IMG/VR virus record: IMGVR_UViG_3300045988_061800
Location: 1 to 54,645 of that record
Strand: one strand, 5' to 3'
Source: a virus
DNA length: 54,645 bases
The position numbers were made by a program, and so were the translations under genes. Below the pieces are notes generated by a model. It was given only the letters and a program-made list of their open reading frames with translations, was not told where the DNA came from and did no database searches. Positions within the stretch are counted from its first letter, which is position 1; the number at the start of each line of letters is the position of its first letter. Of the stretch, positions 1-8,922 are shown piece after piece.

Positions 1-55
1 TGCCGACCTGTTCGGTGCCAACCTGCGCGGTGCCAACCTGAGCGATGCCAACCTG
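1..55. repeat. Terminal direct repeat: bases 1-55 identical to 54591-54645 (circular-contig overlap)
   Basis: Both ends read tgccgacctgttcggtgccaacctgcgcggtgccaacctgagcgatgccaacctg. Confidence 0.95.
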
Positions 56-520
56 TGCAATGCCGACCTGTTCGGTGCCAACCTGAGCGATGCCAACCTG
101 CGCAATGCCGACCTGCGCAATGCCGACCTGCGCCGTGCCGACCTGTGCGGGGCATCTATAGATCAAATGATGTGGAATATTTATACGGTGTTCTATCCGT
201 TGCAATGTCCGGAATCCGGCTCTTATATCGGCTATAAAAAGGCAAGTGGCCTTGTTGTGGAGTTGGAAATCCCCGCAGATGCACGCCGGGCCTCCGCTAC
301 TAGCCGAAAATGCCGCGCCAGTAAGGCCAAGGTATTGAGTATCACAGATATCAACGGAAATCCTGCTGGCGGCCAGGTAAAGAGCAATTATGATCCGAAC
401 TTTGTTTATGCCATAGGCGAAACCGTTGAGGTGACTGATTTCGACGATAACCGATGGAACGAGTGCTCCACTGGCATTCATCACTTTATTACACGGGCGG
501 AGGCCGTTATTTACGAATAA
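2..520 (+). CDS. Pentapeptide-repeat protein, 3' portion (5' portion is 54424..54645; one gene across the junction)
   Basis: The frame is open from base 2 and reads [20 protein letters not shown] quintets. It runs in frame into listed ORF 167..520, whose C-terminal domain ends [20 protein letters not shown]. Confidence 0.85.
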   Translation, partial: ADLFGANLRGANLSDANLCNADLFGANLSDANLRNADLRNADLRRADLCGASIDQMMWNIYTVFYPLQCPESGSYIGYKKASGLVVELEIPADARRASATSRKCRASKAKVLSITDINGNPAGGQVKSNYDPNFVYAIGETVEVTDFDDNRWNECSTGIHHFITRAEAVIYE

Positions 521-572
521 AAGCGCCGCTCCCCGGTGTGCGAGACCGGAGGGCGGCAAAAAGGAGAATAGA

Positions 573-773
573 ATGAAACCTATCATCATTAAAACATATC
601 CAGTAACGGAAAGCAAGTGTGAATTGGTTCGGCTTCAGAAGGATGCAAATAGAATTATCACACAGCTTCAACGTGAACGCAACCTTCGGAAATCTTACAT
701 TGTATCAGAGATTATCCGGCAAGCTGCTCCGTATGTAGAATTTCCTACAGAGGAGCCTTCTTATGAGGATTAA
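573..773 (+). CDS. Hypothetical small early protein (66 aa)
   Basis: ORF track. AAAGGAG lies about 7 nt upstream of the ATG. Confidence 0.6.
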   Translation: MKPIIIKTYPVTESKCELVRLQKDANRIITQLQRERNLRKSYIVSEIIRQAAPYVEFPTEEPSYED

Positions 774-1014
774 GCCACCGCTTCGTGATACTCAATTAGA
801 ATCTCCCGCCGGGTGGTGTATCAGATGCAGGAATGAGCTTGGTTCATATGATACTAACGGAATCTGTAAAACATGCAAGGAGGAAGAAGAAAATGATTGT
901 AAAGCCGGAGAACATGGATTTTTCCAACAAGAATATCATCATGATTATCAGTGGCCTTCCAGGGGTGGGGAAAACGACACTGGCCCTGTCCGCCCCGGAC
1001 GTGATACTTATTGA
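763..1014 (+). CDS. Putative small Zn-ribbon protein (CxxC...CxxC); 3' end overlaps the ATPase gene
   Basis: GAGGAG lies 7 nt before the ATG, and the start overlaps the previous stop. Contains GWCIRCRNELGSYDTNGICKTC. The tail after residue 45 looks non-protein-like. Confidence 0.35.
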   Translation: MRIKPPLRDTQLESPAGWCIRCRNELGSYDTNGICKTCKEEEENDCKAGEHGFFQQEYHHDYQWPSRGGENDTGPVRPGRDTY

Positions 1015-1825
1015 CGCTGACGAGGGCATGAGCCGTGTCAAGCCAGAGCACCGGAAGGACAGCTCTATGATCAAAACTTATGAGGAACTTCTGGCTGACA
1101 TCAAATCCTTTGAGGGACGCTACAAGACGGTTGTCATTGATACCTGTGGGGCACTGATTGACTTGATGAAGGACTGGGCCATGAGGAATGAGCCTGCCGC
1201 CAGCAAGAAGTCTGGAGGCTTCTCCCAGCAGGGATACGGCTTTGTCAAGACCGAATTTCTTCGCTTGTCCGCTGAGCTAAGGAAGAAGTTCAATGTGGTA
1301 TTCCTCTTCCATGCAGCCAAAGACCGGCAGGGAGACGACGTATTCTATGACATCGTGTGTGAGGGTTCCGCCAAGACGCTTGTCTGGCAGCCCGCCGACC
1401 TAGGGGCCTATCTCCATATCGTCAACGGGGAGCGCTATCTGGGCTTTACCCCCACTATGAACTACAACGCCAAAGCTGCCTATGGCATCAAGGGGCTCAT
1501 GAAGGTTCCGGAACTGAAGGACGGGGAACCTAATGACTTCCTGGCCCGTTTGTTCGCCCAGGTCAAAGAGAACATAGCGACAGAACACGCCTCGCTCCAG
1601 CCTCAGCAGGAGCAGTATGATGAGACGATGGCAGCAGGGCGGCTGGCCCTGGATTCCATTCAGAAGCCGGAGGACATACAGCCCGCCATGTCTGCTATCA
1701 AGGTCCTGAAGCACGCCCTGACCAGTGAACGGGAACTGAAAGCTGCTCTTTCCGAGCGGCTGAAGGAGCTTGGGATTATCTACAACAAGGAGACAAAAGC
1801 CTATGAGTGGGCCGAGCAGAAATAA
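893..1825 (+). CDS. Sak4-like RecA-fold AAA ATPase (single-strand annealing/recombination)
   Basis: Walker A GLPGVGKT and Walker B VVIDT. AAGGAGGAAG lies just upstream of ATG 893, preferred over track start 833. A DUF669-like SSB is encoded nearby. Confidence 0.75.
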   Translation: MIVKPENMDFSNKNIIMIISGLPGVGKTTLALSAPDVILIDADEGMSRVKPEHRKDSSMIKTYEELLADIKSFEGRYKTVVIDTCGALIDLMKDWAMRNEPAASKKSGGFSQQGYGFVKTEFLRLSAELRKKFNVVFLFHAAKDRQGDDVFYDIVCEGSAKTLVWQPADLGAYLHIVNGERYLGFTPTMNYNAKAAYGIKGLMKVPELKDGEPNDFLARLFAQVKENIATEHASLQPQQEQYDETMAAGRLALDSIQKPEDIQPAMSAIKVLKHALTSERELKAALSERLKELGIIYNKETKAYEWAEQK

Positions 1826-2408
1826 GTTCCTGCTGACGCAGAGTCTCTTATCCTCCTGGCAGTACGCATTAAAGGGCAGCTCGTTTGACGAATTTCTCTC
1901 CACGCTCCGCCGGGAAAAGAAGCCGCAATCAAAGGCCATGCTGGACGGTATCCGGTTTGAGAACGTGGTTCACGCTGTCAGCGAAGGGGCGGAAATTACC
2001 CCGGAGCAGGAGTGGTACAGGCCGGTCAAGGAGATCTGCGAAATCATCGCACATGGGCAGTATCAGGTCAAGGCATCGAGACCTCTGGTGGTGGACGGCG
2101 TAGAGTTCATCTGTTACGGCATTCTGGATTTCTTAAAAGCTGGAATCATATATGATACCAAGTTCAGTAAGACATACCACGTGGGGAAATACCTGGATAG
2201 CCCTCAGCACCCCATGTACTTCTACCTATGTCCGGAGGTTCAGAAATTCGAATATATCATCAGCGACGGGAGCTATGTATACCGGGAGTCATATCTGCCA
2301 GATGATACAGACCCAATTGAAAAAACTGTCCGCCAGTTCATGATCTGGATGGATCGGGCCGGACTGGTGGATCTGTACTGTGAGAACTGGAGGAGCAAAT
2401 ATGCTTGA
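1803..2408 (+). CDS. PD-(D/E)XK family nuclease (Cas4/exonuclease-like)
   Basis: Motif ILDFLKAGIIYDTKFSK (D...D-x-K). ATG 1803 overlaps the end of the ATPase gene. Confidence 0.6.
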   Translation: MSGPSRNKFLLTQSLLSSWQYALKGSSFDEFLSTLRREKKPQSKAMLDGIRFENVVHAVSEGAEITPEQEWYRPVKEICEIIAHGQYQVKASRPLVVDGVEFICYGILDFLKAGIIYDTKFSKTYHVGKYLDSPQHPMYFYLCPEVQKFEYIISDGSYVYRESYLPDDTDPIEKTVRQFMIWMDRAGLVDLYCENWRSKYA

Positions 2409-2517
2409 CAGAATCCGGCACTTTTTCAGGAGCCGCAAGACCTGCAAGGGGTTTTGCTTCACCTGCAAACACTACAAATTATGCGAGGAGGAAATGAAAC
2501 ATGGGAAACTGGGATGA
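2401..2517 (+). CDS. Putative 38-aa Cys-rich peptide (CKGFCFTCKHYKLC)
   Basis: Not in the track (under 60 aa). GGAGGAG lies 6 nt upstream of ATG 2401. Overlaps both neighbouring genes. Confidence 0.4.
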   Translation: MLDRIRHFFRSRKTCKGFCFTCKHYKLCEEEMKHGKLG

Positions 2518-2935
2518 TTATAAAAGAGAAGAGCGTAAGCGGCTGAAGCCTGGTAACTACCGGGTGGAGATCGTTAGCGTAGAAGATACGGAGAGTAAAA
2601 AGGGGAATCCCATGCTGGTCATCGTCATCCGGCCAAACGGAAGCAATATCCCCATCAAGCACTACATCGTCAAGAACGAATGGTTTAATCAGAACATGAC
2701 CGAGTTCTTTGATTCCTTCAACATTGATGACGGAGATTTTACCCTTCCGACTTGGGTTGGCGCTGTTGGCGCAGCCAAACTGAAAGAGGATGACCAGGGA
2801 TACCTCAAAGTTCAATATTTTCTTGACCAGGATAGAGCGGCGAAACTTCCCCCCTGGGAAGGCCCCATGCCGGAGCGTCAGGAGCTGGTGCAACTCAAAG
2901 AAGTTGACGATGACGAGGATCTTCCGTGGAACTGA
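2501..2935 (+). CDS. DUF669-like phage single-stranded DNA-binding protein
   Basis: Sits next to the Sak4-type ATPase. The acidic C-terminal tail DDDEDLPWN resembles SSB tails (DDDxPF). Confidence 0.65.
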   Translation: MGNWDDYKREERKRLKPGNYRVEIVSVEDTESKKGNPMLVIVIRPNGSNIPIKHYIVKNEWFNQNMTEFFDSFNIDDGDFTLPTWVGAVGAAKLKEDDQGYLKVQYFLDQDRAAKLPPWEGPMPERQELVQLKEVDDDEDLPWN

Positions 2936-2944
2936 GGTGGTCGG

Positions 2945-3454
2945 ATGCTGACCCACTACACCGATGCGGAGATCAAAAAGAAGCTGAAAGAACTGGTGGT
3001 CATAGCTGACAGCCGGGAGCAGGTTCATCAGCACATCATTTCCTGGCTGGACAAGCATAACATTCAGCACAAGAGCCGGGCCCTGGAGACTGGAGATTAC
3101 TCCGTCATGCTGGGTGACGCCACTTTCGAGGACGAGATTGTAGTAGAGCGCAAGGCCAACCTGGACGAGATTGCCGGGAACTTCACCAATGGCCGGGAGC
3201 GATTTGAGCGGGAGATGATACGGGCAAAGGCCGGTGGCATCAAGGTCTTTCTGATTGTGGAAAACGCCTCCTGGACAGACATCTTTCTGCATAATTATCG
3301 GTCAGAGCTTAAGCCTCAGAGCTTTGCCGCAACGCTCCTATCCTGGCAGGCTCGGTTTAACCTGACAGTTATCTTCTGTAAGCCATCAGAGACGGCCCAA
3401 ATCATTTACAGCACCCTCTATTACTGGGTGAGAGACCGCCTGAAGCGGGGGTAA
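2945..3454 (+). CDS. ERCC4/Mus81-type structure-specific nuclease (junction resolvase candidate)
   Basis: GDY...VVERKANLD matches the ERCC4 signature GDxn-ERKx3D. Confidence 0.7.
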   Translation: MLTHYTDAEIKKKLKELVVIADSREQVHQHIISWLDKHNIQHKSRALETGDYSVMLGDATFEDEIVVERKANLDEIAGNFTNGRERFEREMIRAKAGGIKVFLIVENASWTDIFLHNYRSELKPQSFAATLLSWQARFNLTVIFCKPSETAQIIYSTLYYWVRDRLKRG

Positions 3455-3458
3455 TCAT

Positions 3459-4031
3459 ATGGATATAGCTCCTGAAATCAAGCGGCTATTGCCTGCTCGG
3501 CAAATGGCGGAGACCTATGGATTCCAGGTAGGACGTTCAGGATTCATGAAATGCCCGTTCCACACTGGAGATCACACAGCCAGTTTAAAACTATATGATG
3601 GTGAAGGCGGCTTCCATTGCTTTGGGTGTGGGGCCCACGGATCTGTCATTGATTTTGTTATGCGCTTGTTTGATCTGAACTTTCGACAGGCCGTGCTCAG
3701 AATCAATGCCGATTTCCACCTGGGCCTCACATCCGGCAAACCAGACAGGATGGAACGGTCAAAGGTGCTAGAAGCCAGGCGTGAAGAGCAGCGGCGGAAA
3801 GACCGGGCTGAAACAAACTTCTATTTTATGCTTTCTGAACAGAGGTACTGGAAGGAGGCAATGGACGTGTTTGCACCCGTCGTTCAGGGCGAGAGATCCT
3901 ACTATCACCCGCTATATGTCGAGGCCGTCAGGCGCCTCCCTTATATTGAATACTGGCTTGACGACTTTATAGAGAAGGGAGGCAAAAAGCATTGGAAGAA
4001 TTGCCCGTATACACAAGGGACGACTACTTGA
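3459..4031 (+). CDS. CHC2 zinc-finger primase-like protein
   Basis: CPFHTGDHTASL...FHCFGCGAHGSVIDF is the CHC2 Zn-finger pattern of DnaG-type primases. Confidence 0.7.
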   Translation: MDIAPEIKRLLPARQMAETYGFQVGRSGFMKCPFHTGDHTASLKLYDGEGGFHCFGCGAHGSVIDFVMRLFDLNFRQAVLRINADFHLGLTSGKPDRMERSKVLEARREEQRRKDRAETNFYFMLSEQRYWKEAMDVFAPVVQGERSYYHPLYVEAVRRLPYIEYWLDDFIEKGGKKHWKNCPYTQGTTT

Positions 4032-5836
4032 CGACCACGAAACCGTTTGAATATTTATACGCTCACAAAGAAAACAAATTCGAGATGCGGCAGCTTATGG
4101 GGCGTATGTCCATCCAAGCGCAGGCGGTCGGAGTCAGAAACTTGGCAACGCTGTTCAAAGATTACATAGAGACAGTCAGCGGGACAGTGACGCCGGGCTT
4201 TAACCGAACGGATTTTACCGGACAGGAAATGGAACTGGACTGTGGGGGCTGGACGGCTACTGACACAGGTATTTACGGCACCGACAAGATGGGCTTTGAG
4301 GTCGTGGCCTGCTACCACCCCATCATGCCGGTTCAGCGGTTGGTAAACGTAGATACGCGGGAGCACAAGGTTATGCTTGCATACCGGCTTAGCCGCCGGT
4401 GGGACATTGTGATTGTGGATCGCAACGTAATTTCCGACAGCCGCTCTATCATCGGACTCTCCAAGTATGGAATCATGGTCAACAGTGAGACCGGCAAGGC
4501 CCTTGTACGATATCTGGCTGATGTGGAGCAGCTCAATTATGACCTGATCCCGGAGGTATCCAGCGTGGGGCGGCTGGGCTGGATTGAGGAATATGGCTTC
4601 TCGCCATATGAGGAAGAACTGGTCTTTGATGGAGAGGAAACCTACCGCACTCGTTTTGAGAGCATCCAGGAGCATGGGAGCCGGGAGGCCTGGCTGGACT
4701 GCGCGAGAGCTGTCCGGTCAGGCAAAACTCCCGGTAACGTGATCGCCCGTATCGTTCTAGCCGCTTCCTTCGCCTCTGTTCTGGTGGGACCGTGCCGTTG
4801 CCTACCATTTTTTGTACACCTGTGGGGCGGATCGGAAACCGGAAAGAGCCTGAGCCTGGTTCTGGCCGCCAGCGTGTGGGCCAATCCGGAGATCGGCGTT
4901 TACATCCAGACCTTCAACGCCACGGAGGTGGGGAAGGAACTGGGAGCGGCGTTCTGCAATTCCCTGCCCCTCATCATTGACGAGCTCCAACTGGTCAAGG
5001 ACAACCGGAAGGACTTCGACCGGATGATCTATCAGTTATCAGAAGGTGTGGGACGGGCCCGTGGCCGGAAGCAGGGAGGCCTCCAAAAGACACCTACCTG
5101 GAGGAACTGCGTCATCACCACAGGCGAATTTCCCATCATTTCCGCCAATAGTGGAGAGGGAGCAGTCAACCGGACAATTGAGGTGGACTGCCACGATACC
5201 AAACTCTTTGATGAGCCGAAAAAGACCGCCACCAGTCTGTACGCCAACTACGGTTTCGCTGGGCGGGAGTTTGTAGATCACCTGATGGCGGATGGCGTGA
5301 TAGAGCGCGTCCAGAAGCTCCAGGAGGACTTACAAAAGGCCATTAAGACCGGTGACACTATGGACAAGCAGACGGCATCTGCGGCCCTTATACTGGCCGC
5401 TGACAGGCTATCAGAGGAGTGGATCTTCCAAGATGGCGTTCTCCTTCAGCCAGACGATATCCGGCCATATCTGGTATCAAAAGAGACCGTCAACCAAAAC
5501 GCCCGCGCCCTGCAATACCTATATGACTTCATTAACATCAACCAATCCAGATTCTCGCCGGGTGCGGACGCCCACCAGGGCGAAGTGTGGGGCGATCTGG
5601 ACGATGATTACGCTTATATCATTCGCTCCAAATTCGACCAGATCCTTCAAGACGAGGGTTACAATGCCTCTGCTTTTCTCGGATGGGCGAAAAACAACAA
5701 CCTAATTCTTCCGGGTAAAGATGGGAAAATGACCCGAACAAAACGGATTAACGGGCGAGTTTCACGTTGTATTTGGCTCAAAATGGACAATTATTTGAAT
5801 GATTTTGAGGAAAACGTAGAGGAACTATTGCCGTAA
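3992..5836 (+). CDS. Replicative P-loop helicase/primase-associated ATPase (SF3/DUF927-like)
   Basis: Walker A GGSETGKS and Walker B LIIDEL. TTG start with GGGAGG 9 nt upstream. Follows the primase Zn-finger gene. Confidence 0.65.
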   Translation: MEELPVYTRDDYLTTTKPFEYLYAHKENKFEMRQLMGRMSIQAQAVGVRNLATLFKDYIETVSGTVTPGFNRTDFTGQEMELDCGGWTATDTGIYGTDKMGFEVVACYHPIMPVQRLVNVDTREHKVMLAYRLSRRWDIVIVDRNVISDSRSIIGLSKYGIMVNSETGKALVRYLADVEQLNYDLIPEVSSVGRLGWIEEYGFSPYEEELVFDGEETYRTRFESIQEHGSREAWLDCARAVRSGKTPGNVIARIVLAASFASVLVGPCRCLPFFVHLWGGSETGKSLSLVLAASVWANPEIGVYIQTFNATEVGKELGAAFCNSLPLIIDELQLVKDNRKDFDRMIYQLSEGVGRARGRKQGGLQKTPTWRNCVITTGEFPIISANSGEGAVNRTIEVDCHDTKLFDEPKKTATSLYANYGFAGREFVDHLMADGVIERVQKLQEDLQKAIKTGDTMDKQTASAALILAADRLSEEWIFQDGVLLQPDDIRPYLVSKETVNQNARALQYLYDFININQSRFSPGADAHQGEVWGDLDDDYAYIIRSKFDQILQDEGYNASAFLGWAKNNNLILPGKDGKMTRTKRINGRVSRCIWLKMDNYLNDFEENVEELLP

Positions 5837-5852
5837 TTGGGAATTCGAAGTT

Positions 5853-6043
5853 GTAACACCGTAACACCTTGTAACACCCTTTTTGATATGTTTCTATAAA
5901 ATAAAAAAATTGCGTGCGCACTTTTTTTAAAAATTCAAAGTTAAAAAATAGGTGTTACAGGTGTTACAGTTCTTTCAATCCGTTGCGGCGCAATGTTTAT
6001 AGCGTAACACCAGACGTGTTACAAAACGGTTACTTAGTGTTAC
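5853..6043. promoter_or_regulatory. Iteron array flanking an AT-rich core: candidate replication origin
   Basis: GTAACACC at 5853, 5861, 5871 and 6003. The inverse GGTGTTAC/GTGTTAC at 5951, 5960, 6016 and 6037. An AT-rich core spans 5879-5950. Lies immediately 3' of the helicase gene. Confidence 0.55.
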
Positions 6044-6055
6044 AAAGGAGAGACT

Positions 6056-6388
6056 ATGATATTTCCATTTGAAAGAGAAGCTGAGCAAGGGGCCCCCATG
6101 CCGGACGGTTTATCTCTTCCAGATCAGCTTGCGTTCCGTTTTTTGTCCAGCATGTATGCAAGTATTAGAGCGGGATCTATAACCAGAGAACGGGCGATTT
6201 CTGATAAGGGGAAAATGACGTATCAATATAATATAGCAAATGAATCCATGAAACAATGGAAGGAACTAGGGCAGCACTGGTCAAACATTATTAAGTATGT
6301 TGAGTTCGCACAAAGTCAATATAGAAAGAATCGTACTTTGGAAAATGCGGATGTACTAAGCAAGGCGTTAGATGGGGTGCTGATATGA
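6056..6388 (+). CDS. Hypothetical protein (110 aa)
   Basis: ORF track. AAGGAG lies 7 nt upstream. Confidence 0.6.
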   Translation: MIFPFEREAEQGAPMPDGLSLPDQLAFRFLSSMYASIRAGSITRERAISDKGKMTYQYNIANESMKQWKELGQHWSNIIKYVEFAQSQYRKNRTLENADVLSKALDGVLI

Positions 6389-6449
6389 TCACCAGAGACC
6401 CCTACGGCATCAGCGGAGCGGTGGGAAGCAGTCAAGGAGGTGCCGAACG

Positions 6450-6503
6450 ATGGACGATAAGACGCGCGCCCTGCTGGGAGACAAAGAGGCGGTGGAGCAA
6501 TGA
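6450..6503 (+). other. 17-codon ORF (MDDKTRALLGDKEAVEQ) duplicating the N-terminus of the Lar-like gene
   Basis: AAGGAGGTG lies 8 nt upstream. Peptide and DNA resemble 7092-7145 (DDIKLALLGNKEAAKR). Confidence 0.3.
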
Positions 6504-7099
6504 AAGTGCTGGTTGCCTGTGAGGAGTCGCAGGAAGTCTGCAAGGCGTTCCGGGCGTTGGGGCATGATGCGTACAGCTGCGACATTGAGCCGTGCAGCGG
6601 GGGGCATCCGGAGTGGCATCTGAGATGTGACGCGCTGGAGTTACTGAAAATACAGTGGGATATGATTCTGGCGTTTCCGCCCTGTACATACTTGTCAAAC
6701 GCTGGTGCTAAGCACCTGTTTCGCGGCGGCATCCTCAATCAGGAGCGATACCAGAAAGGTTTGGAGGCAAAGGAGTTTTTTCTGAAATTTCTGGACGCGG
6801 ACTGCCCGAAAATCTGTGTTGAAAATCCAGTATCAAGCAGAATTTATGAAATGCCGCCGCACAGCCAGGAGGTGCAGCCCTGGATGTTCGGGCATCCAGT
6901 ACAGAAAAAGACCCGTCTGTGGCTGAAGGGTCTGCCGCCATTGGAACCGACAGACATCGTAGACCCGGAGTGCGGCTGCCATGAGGCCGGTACGTGGTTT
7001 ATGCGAGGCGGGAAAGACCGTCAGAAAAACAGAGCCAAGACGTTTCCTGGATTGGCAAAGGCGATGGCCGAACAATGGGGAGGTATCTGTGGTGGATGA
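6500..7099 (+). CDS. Short C5-cytosine-methyltransferase-like protein (199 aa, no obvious motif I or target-recognition domain)
   Basis: AFPPCTYLSNAG resembles motif IV (PPCQxFSxAG) and VENP resembles motif VI (ENV). The N-terminus VLVACEESQ lacks the FxGxGG SAM loop. Confidence 0.5.
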   Translation: MKVLVACEESQEVCKAFRALGHDAYSCDIEPCSGGHPEWHLRCDALELLKIQWDMILAFPPCTYLSNAGAKHLFRGGILNQERYQKGLEAKEFFLKFLDADCPKICVENPVSSRIYEMPPHSQEVQPWMFGHPVQKKTRLWLKGLPPLEPTDIVDPECGCHEAGTWFMRGGKDRQKNRAKTFPGLAKAMAEQWGGICGG

Positions 7100-7400
7100 T
7101 ATCAAATTAGCCCTGCTTGGCAATAAAGAGGCAGCCAAGCGGCTGACGGAGGCGGGGGTGCTGGTTCCGTGCCCGTTCTGCGGGGGAGAAGCGGAAGTTG
7201 TAGCATATGGCCCAAGATTATTGCGCCCATCAAGGAACCATGTTTATAGCGTTTCTTGCAACGAATGTGAAATGATGTTCGGATGGGATGTTGACTATGG
7301 AGGGCGATATGACACTGAGTATGAGGTTATGCTCGCCTGGAACACCCGCGCGCCGATTCTGAGCGCGGAGGAATTGCAGAGATTGGAGGTCAAGCCATGA
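7089..7400 (+). CDS. lar: Lar-family restriction-alleviation protein
   Basis: PCPFCGGEAEV...CNECE...LAWNTRAP is the typical Lar pattern. GTG start with GGGGAGG 5 nt upstream. The track start 6981 lies inside the previous gene. Confidence 0.7.
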   Translation: MVDDIKLALLGNKEAAKRLTEAGVLVPCPFCGGEAEVVAYGPRLLRPSRNHVYSVSCNECEMMFGWDVDYGGRYDTEYEVMLAWNTRAPILSAEELQRLEVKP

Positions 7401-7705
7401 CGCGGGAAGAAGCGATTGAGTGCCTGAAAACTATACAGCGGTGGACTCCGGACTGGGATGACCGGGAAGATGGGCTGTCTTATTGGGATGCTATTGATAT
7501 GGCCCTCTCCGCCCTCCGCCCCGTCAGCCGGGAGCAGGTGGAGCGGCTGTGGCCTGGGTGTGACCGTTGCAAAGCAGCTGATACAGCAATCGCATGGGAG
7601 CGGTGGGGACACCAATACTGTTCTCAATGTGGTCGCCCTCTCACCCCAGAGGCGTGGGAGGAACTGAGAAAGAGACTGGAGGCGCTAAACAATGACAAAA
7701 AATGA
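7397..7705 (+). CDS. Hypothetical protein with C-terminal CxxC...CxxC
   Basis: ORF track. ATGA overlap with the upstream stop. Confidence 0.6.
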   Translation: MTREEAIECLKTIQRWTPDWDDREDGLSYWDAIDMALSALRPVSREQVERLWPGCDRCKAADTAIAWERWGHQYCSQCGRPLTPEAWEELRKRLEALNNDKK

Positions 7706-7895
7706 ATTTATAGCCCTAATTGGGCAAGACGTAGTTGTAGACTATCCATTTGGCCGAGAACTCCAGCGGTGGAGCATGAAAAACTTTTATATCGATGGAA
7801 ATGGCGAAGTCAAACATAATCGTCTCACGCTTATTATGGATGCTTTTATTGCCAACGCAAGAAATCCCCACAAAGGGAAGCCCACGCATGGTTAA
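7692..7895 (+). CDS. Hypothetical protein (67 aa)
   Basis: ORF track. Overlaps the upstream gene end. Confidence 0.5.
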   Translation: MTKNEFIALIGQDVVVDYPFGRELQRWSMKNFYIDGNGEVKHNRLTLIMDAFIANARNPHKGKPTHG

Positions 7896-7909
7896 GGAGG
7901 CGCTGAACG

Positions 7910-8284
7910 ATGGCAAGGGCGATTGATGGAGAGTTGCTCGAACTGGAGATTGCAAATATTGCAAATAAACTGGCAAAATCCGATGCACAAAAGGCATTGA
8001 TGGGACGGGTAATGTACTGCGTTGAGCATATGCCCACCCTCACCCCGCAGAACGAGCCGCTGACGCAGGCAGACCTTGATAGCATGGACTATGACAAGGT
8101 ATGGATTGACTATGGGGACGACGGTGAGTGGGCGCTGGTGGTAAACGGTCGAATCTATTGCCTGGCAGTACTAGAGGGCGCCGGGTTCGAGGACATCTTG
8201 CGGGAGGAGCTGGGCGGTGAGACCCTGGATCGCCCCAGTGGAGATTACACCGTGTACCGCCGCCCGACGGAGGTATCGCCATGA
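7910..8284 (+). CDS. Hypothetical protein (124 aa)
   Basis: AAGGAGG lies 9 nt upstream of the ATG. Confidence 0.6.
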   Translation: MARAIDGELLELEIANIANKLAKSDAQKALMGRVMYCVEHMPTLTPQNEPLTQADLDSMDYDKVWIDYGDDGEWALVVNGRIYCLAVLEGAGFEDILREELGGETLDRPSGDYTVYRRPTEVSP

Positions 8285-8499
8285 GACACCAATACACCCG
8301 CGCAGAGCTGGAATCCATCACCCAGGAGACGGCAATCTACATTGAGGGCGCAGGGATAGCCCAGCTCCAATGGGGCGGCCTGGAGATTGCAGAAGGGTGC
8401 AGGGATGGATATCTGTACTGCAAGCACATCAAGCCGTTTAGCCTGGAGCTGTACGGCCAATACTGGACGGCCTTTGACGGGCCGCCGGAGGAGGGGTGA
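8281..8499 (+). CDS. Hypothetical protein (72 aa)
   Basis: ATGA start/stop overlap with the upstream gene. Confidence 0.55.
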   Translation: MRHQYTRAELESITQETAIYIEGAGIAQLQWGGLEIAEGCRDGYLYCKHIKPFSLELYGQYWTAFDGPPEEG

Positions 8500-8780
8500 G
8501 CATGGAGAGACTGACATACTGGTGTGACAATGGGCATGGTGGTGGAAAATGGTTTGTAGCTATCGATGCCGAAGGAAGAGAAGATTACGGGCCGCACGTT
8601 GACCGCCTCGCAGCCTATGAGGAGACTGGCTTGGAGCCGGGGGAAATCGAACAGCTCAAAGGTGAAGCATTTGGTCTGAGAGTGGACAAGCAAGAGCTGG
8701 AGCAATATCGTGCTCTCGGCCCCATTGACCGCCTCCGCGAACTGGCCGAGGCCGCACTACGGAGGGAGCAGGATGGCTGA
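8496..8780 (+). CDS. Hypothetical protein (94 aa)
   Basis: Start/stop overlap with the upstream gene. Confidence 0.55.
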   Translation: MSMERLTYWCDNGHGGGKWFVAIDAEGREDYGPHVDRLAAYEETGLEPGEIEQLKGEAFGLRVDKQELEQYRALGPIDRLRELAEAALRREQDG

Positions 8781-8922
8781 TATTCTTACAATTATAGCCG
8801 CTGTGGAGTGGATGGCGCTTGGCCTGCTTGTCCTGTGGAAGCTCAAGGGGTGGAATCGAAAGATGGAAGAGTTATACGAAGACATGAAGAAACAGTGGGA
8901 GGCCGAGCATGAGACTAGTTGA
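8773..8922 (+). CDS. Small membrane protein (49 aa, one TM segment)
   Basis: ATG 8773 is preceded by GGAGGGAGCAGG. Hydrophobic IIAAVEWMALGLLVLW. Confidence 0.5.
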   Translation: MADILTIIAAVEWMALGLLVLWKLKGWNRKMEELYEDMKKQWEAEHETS

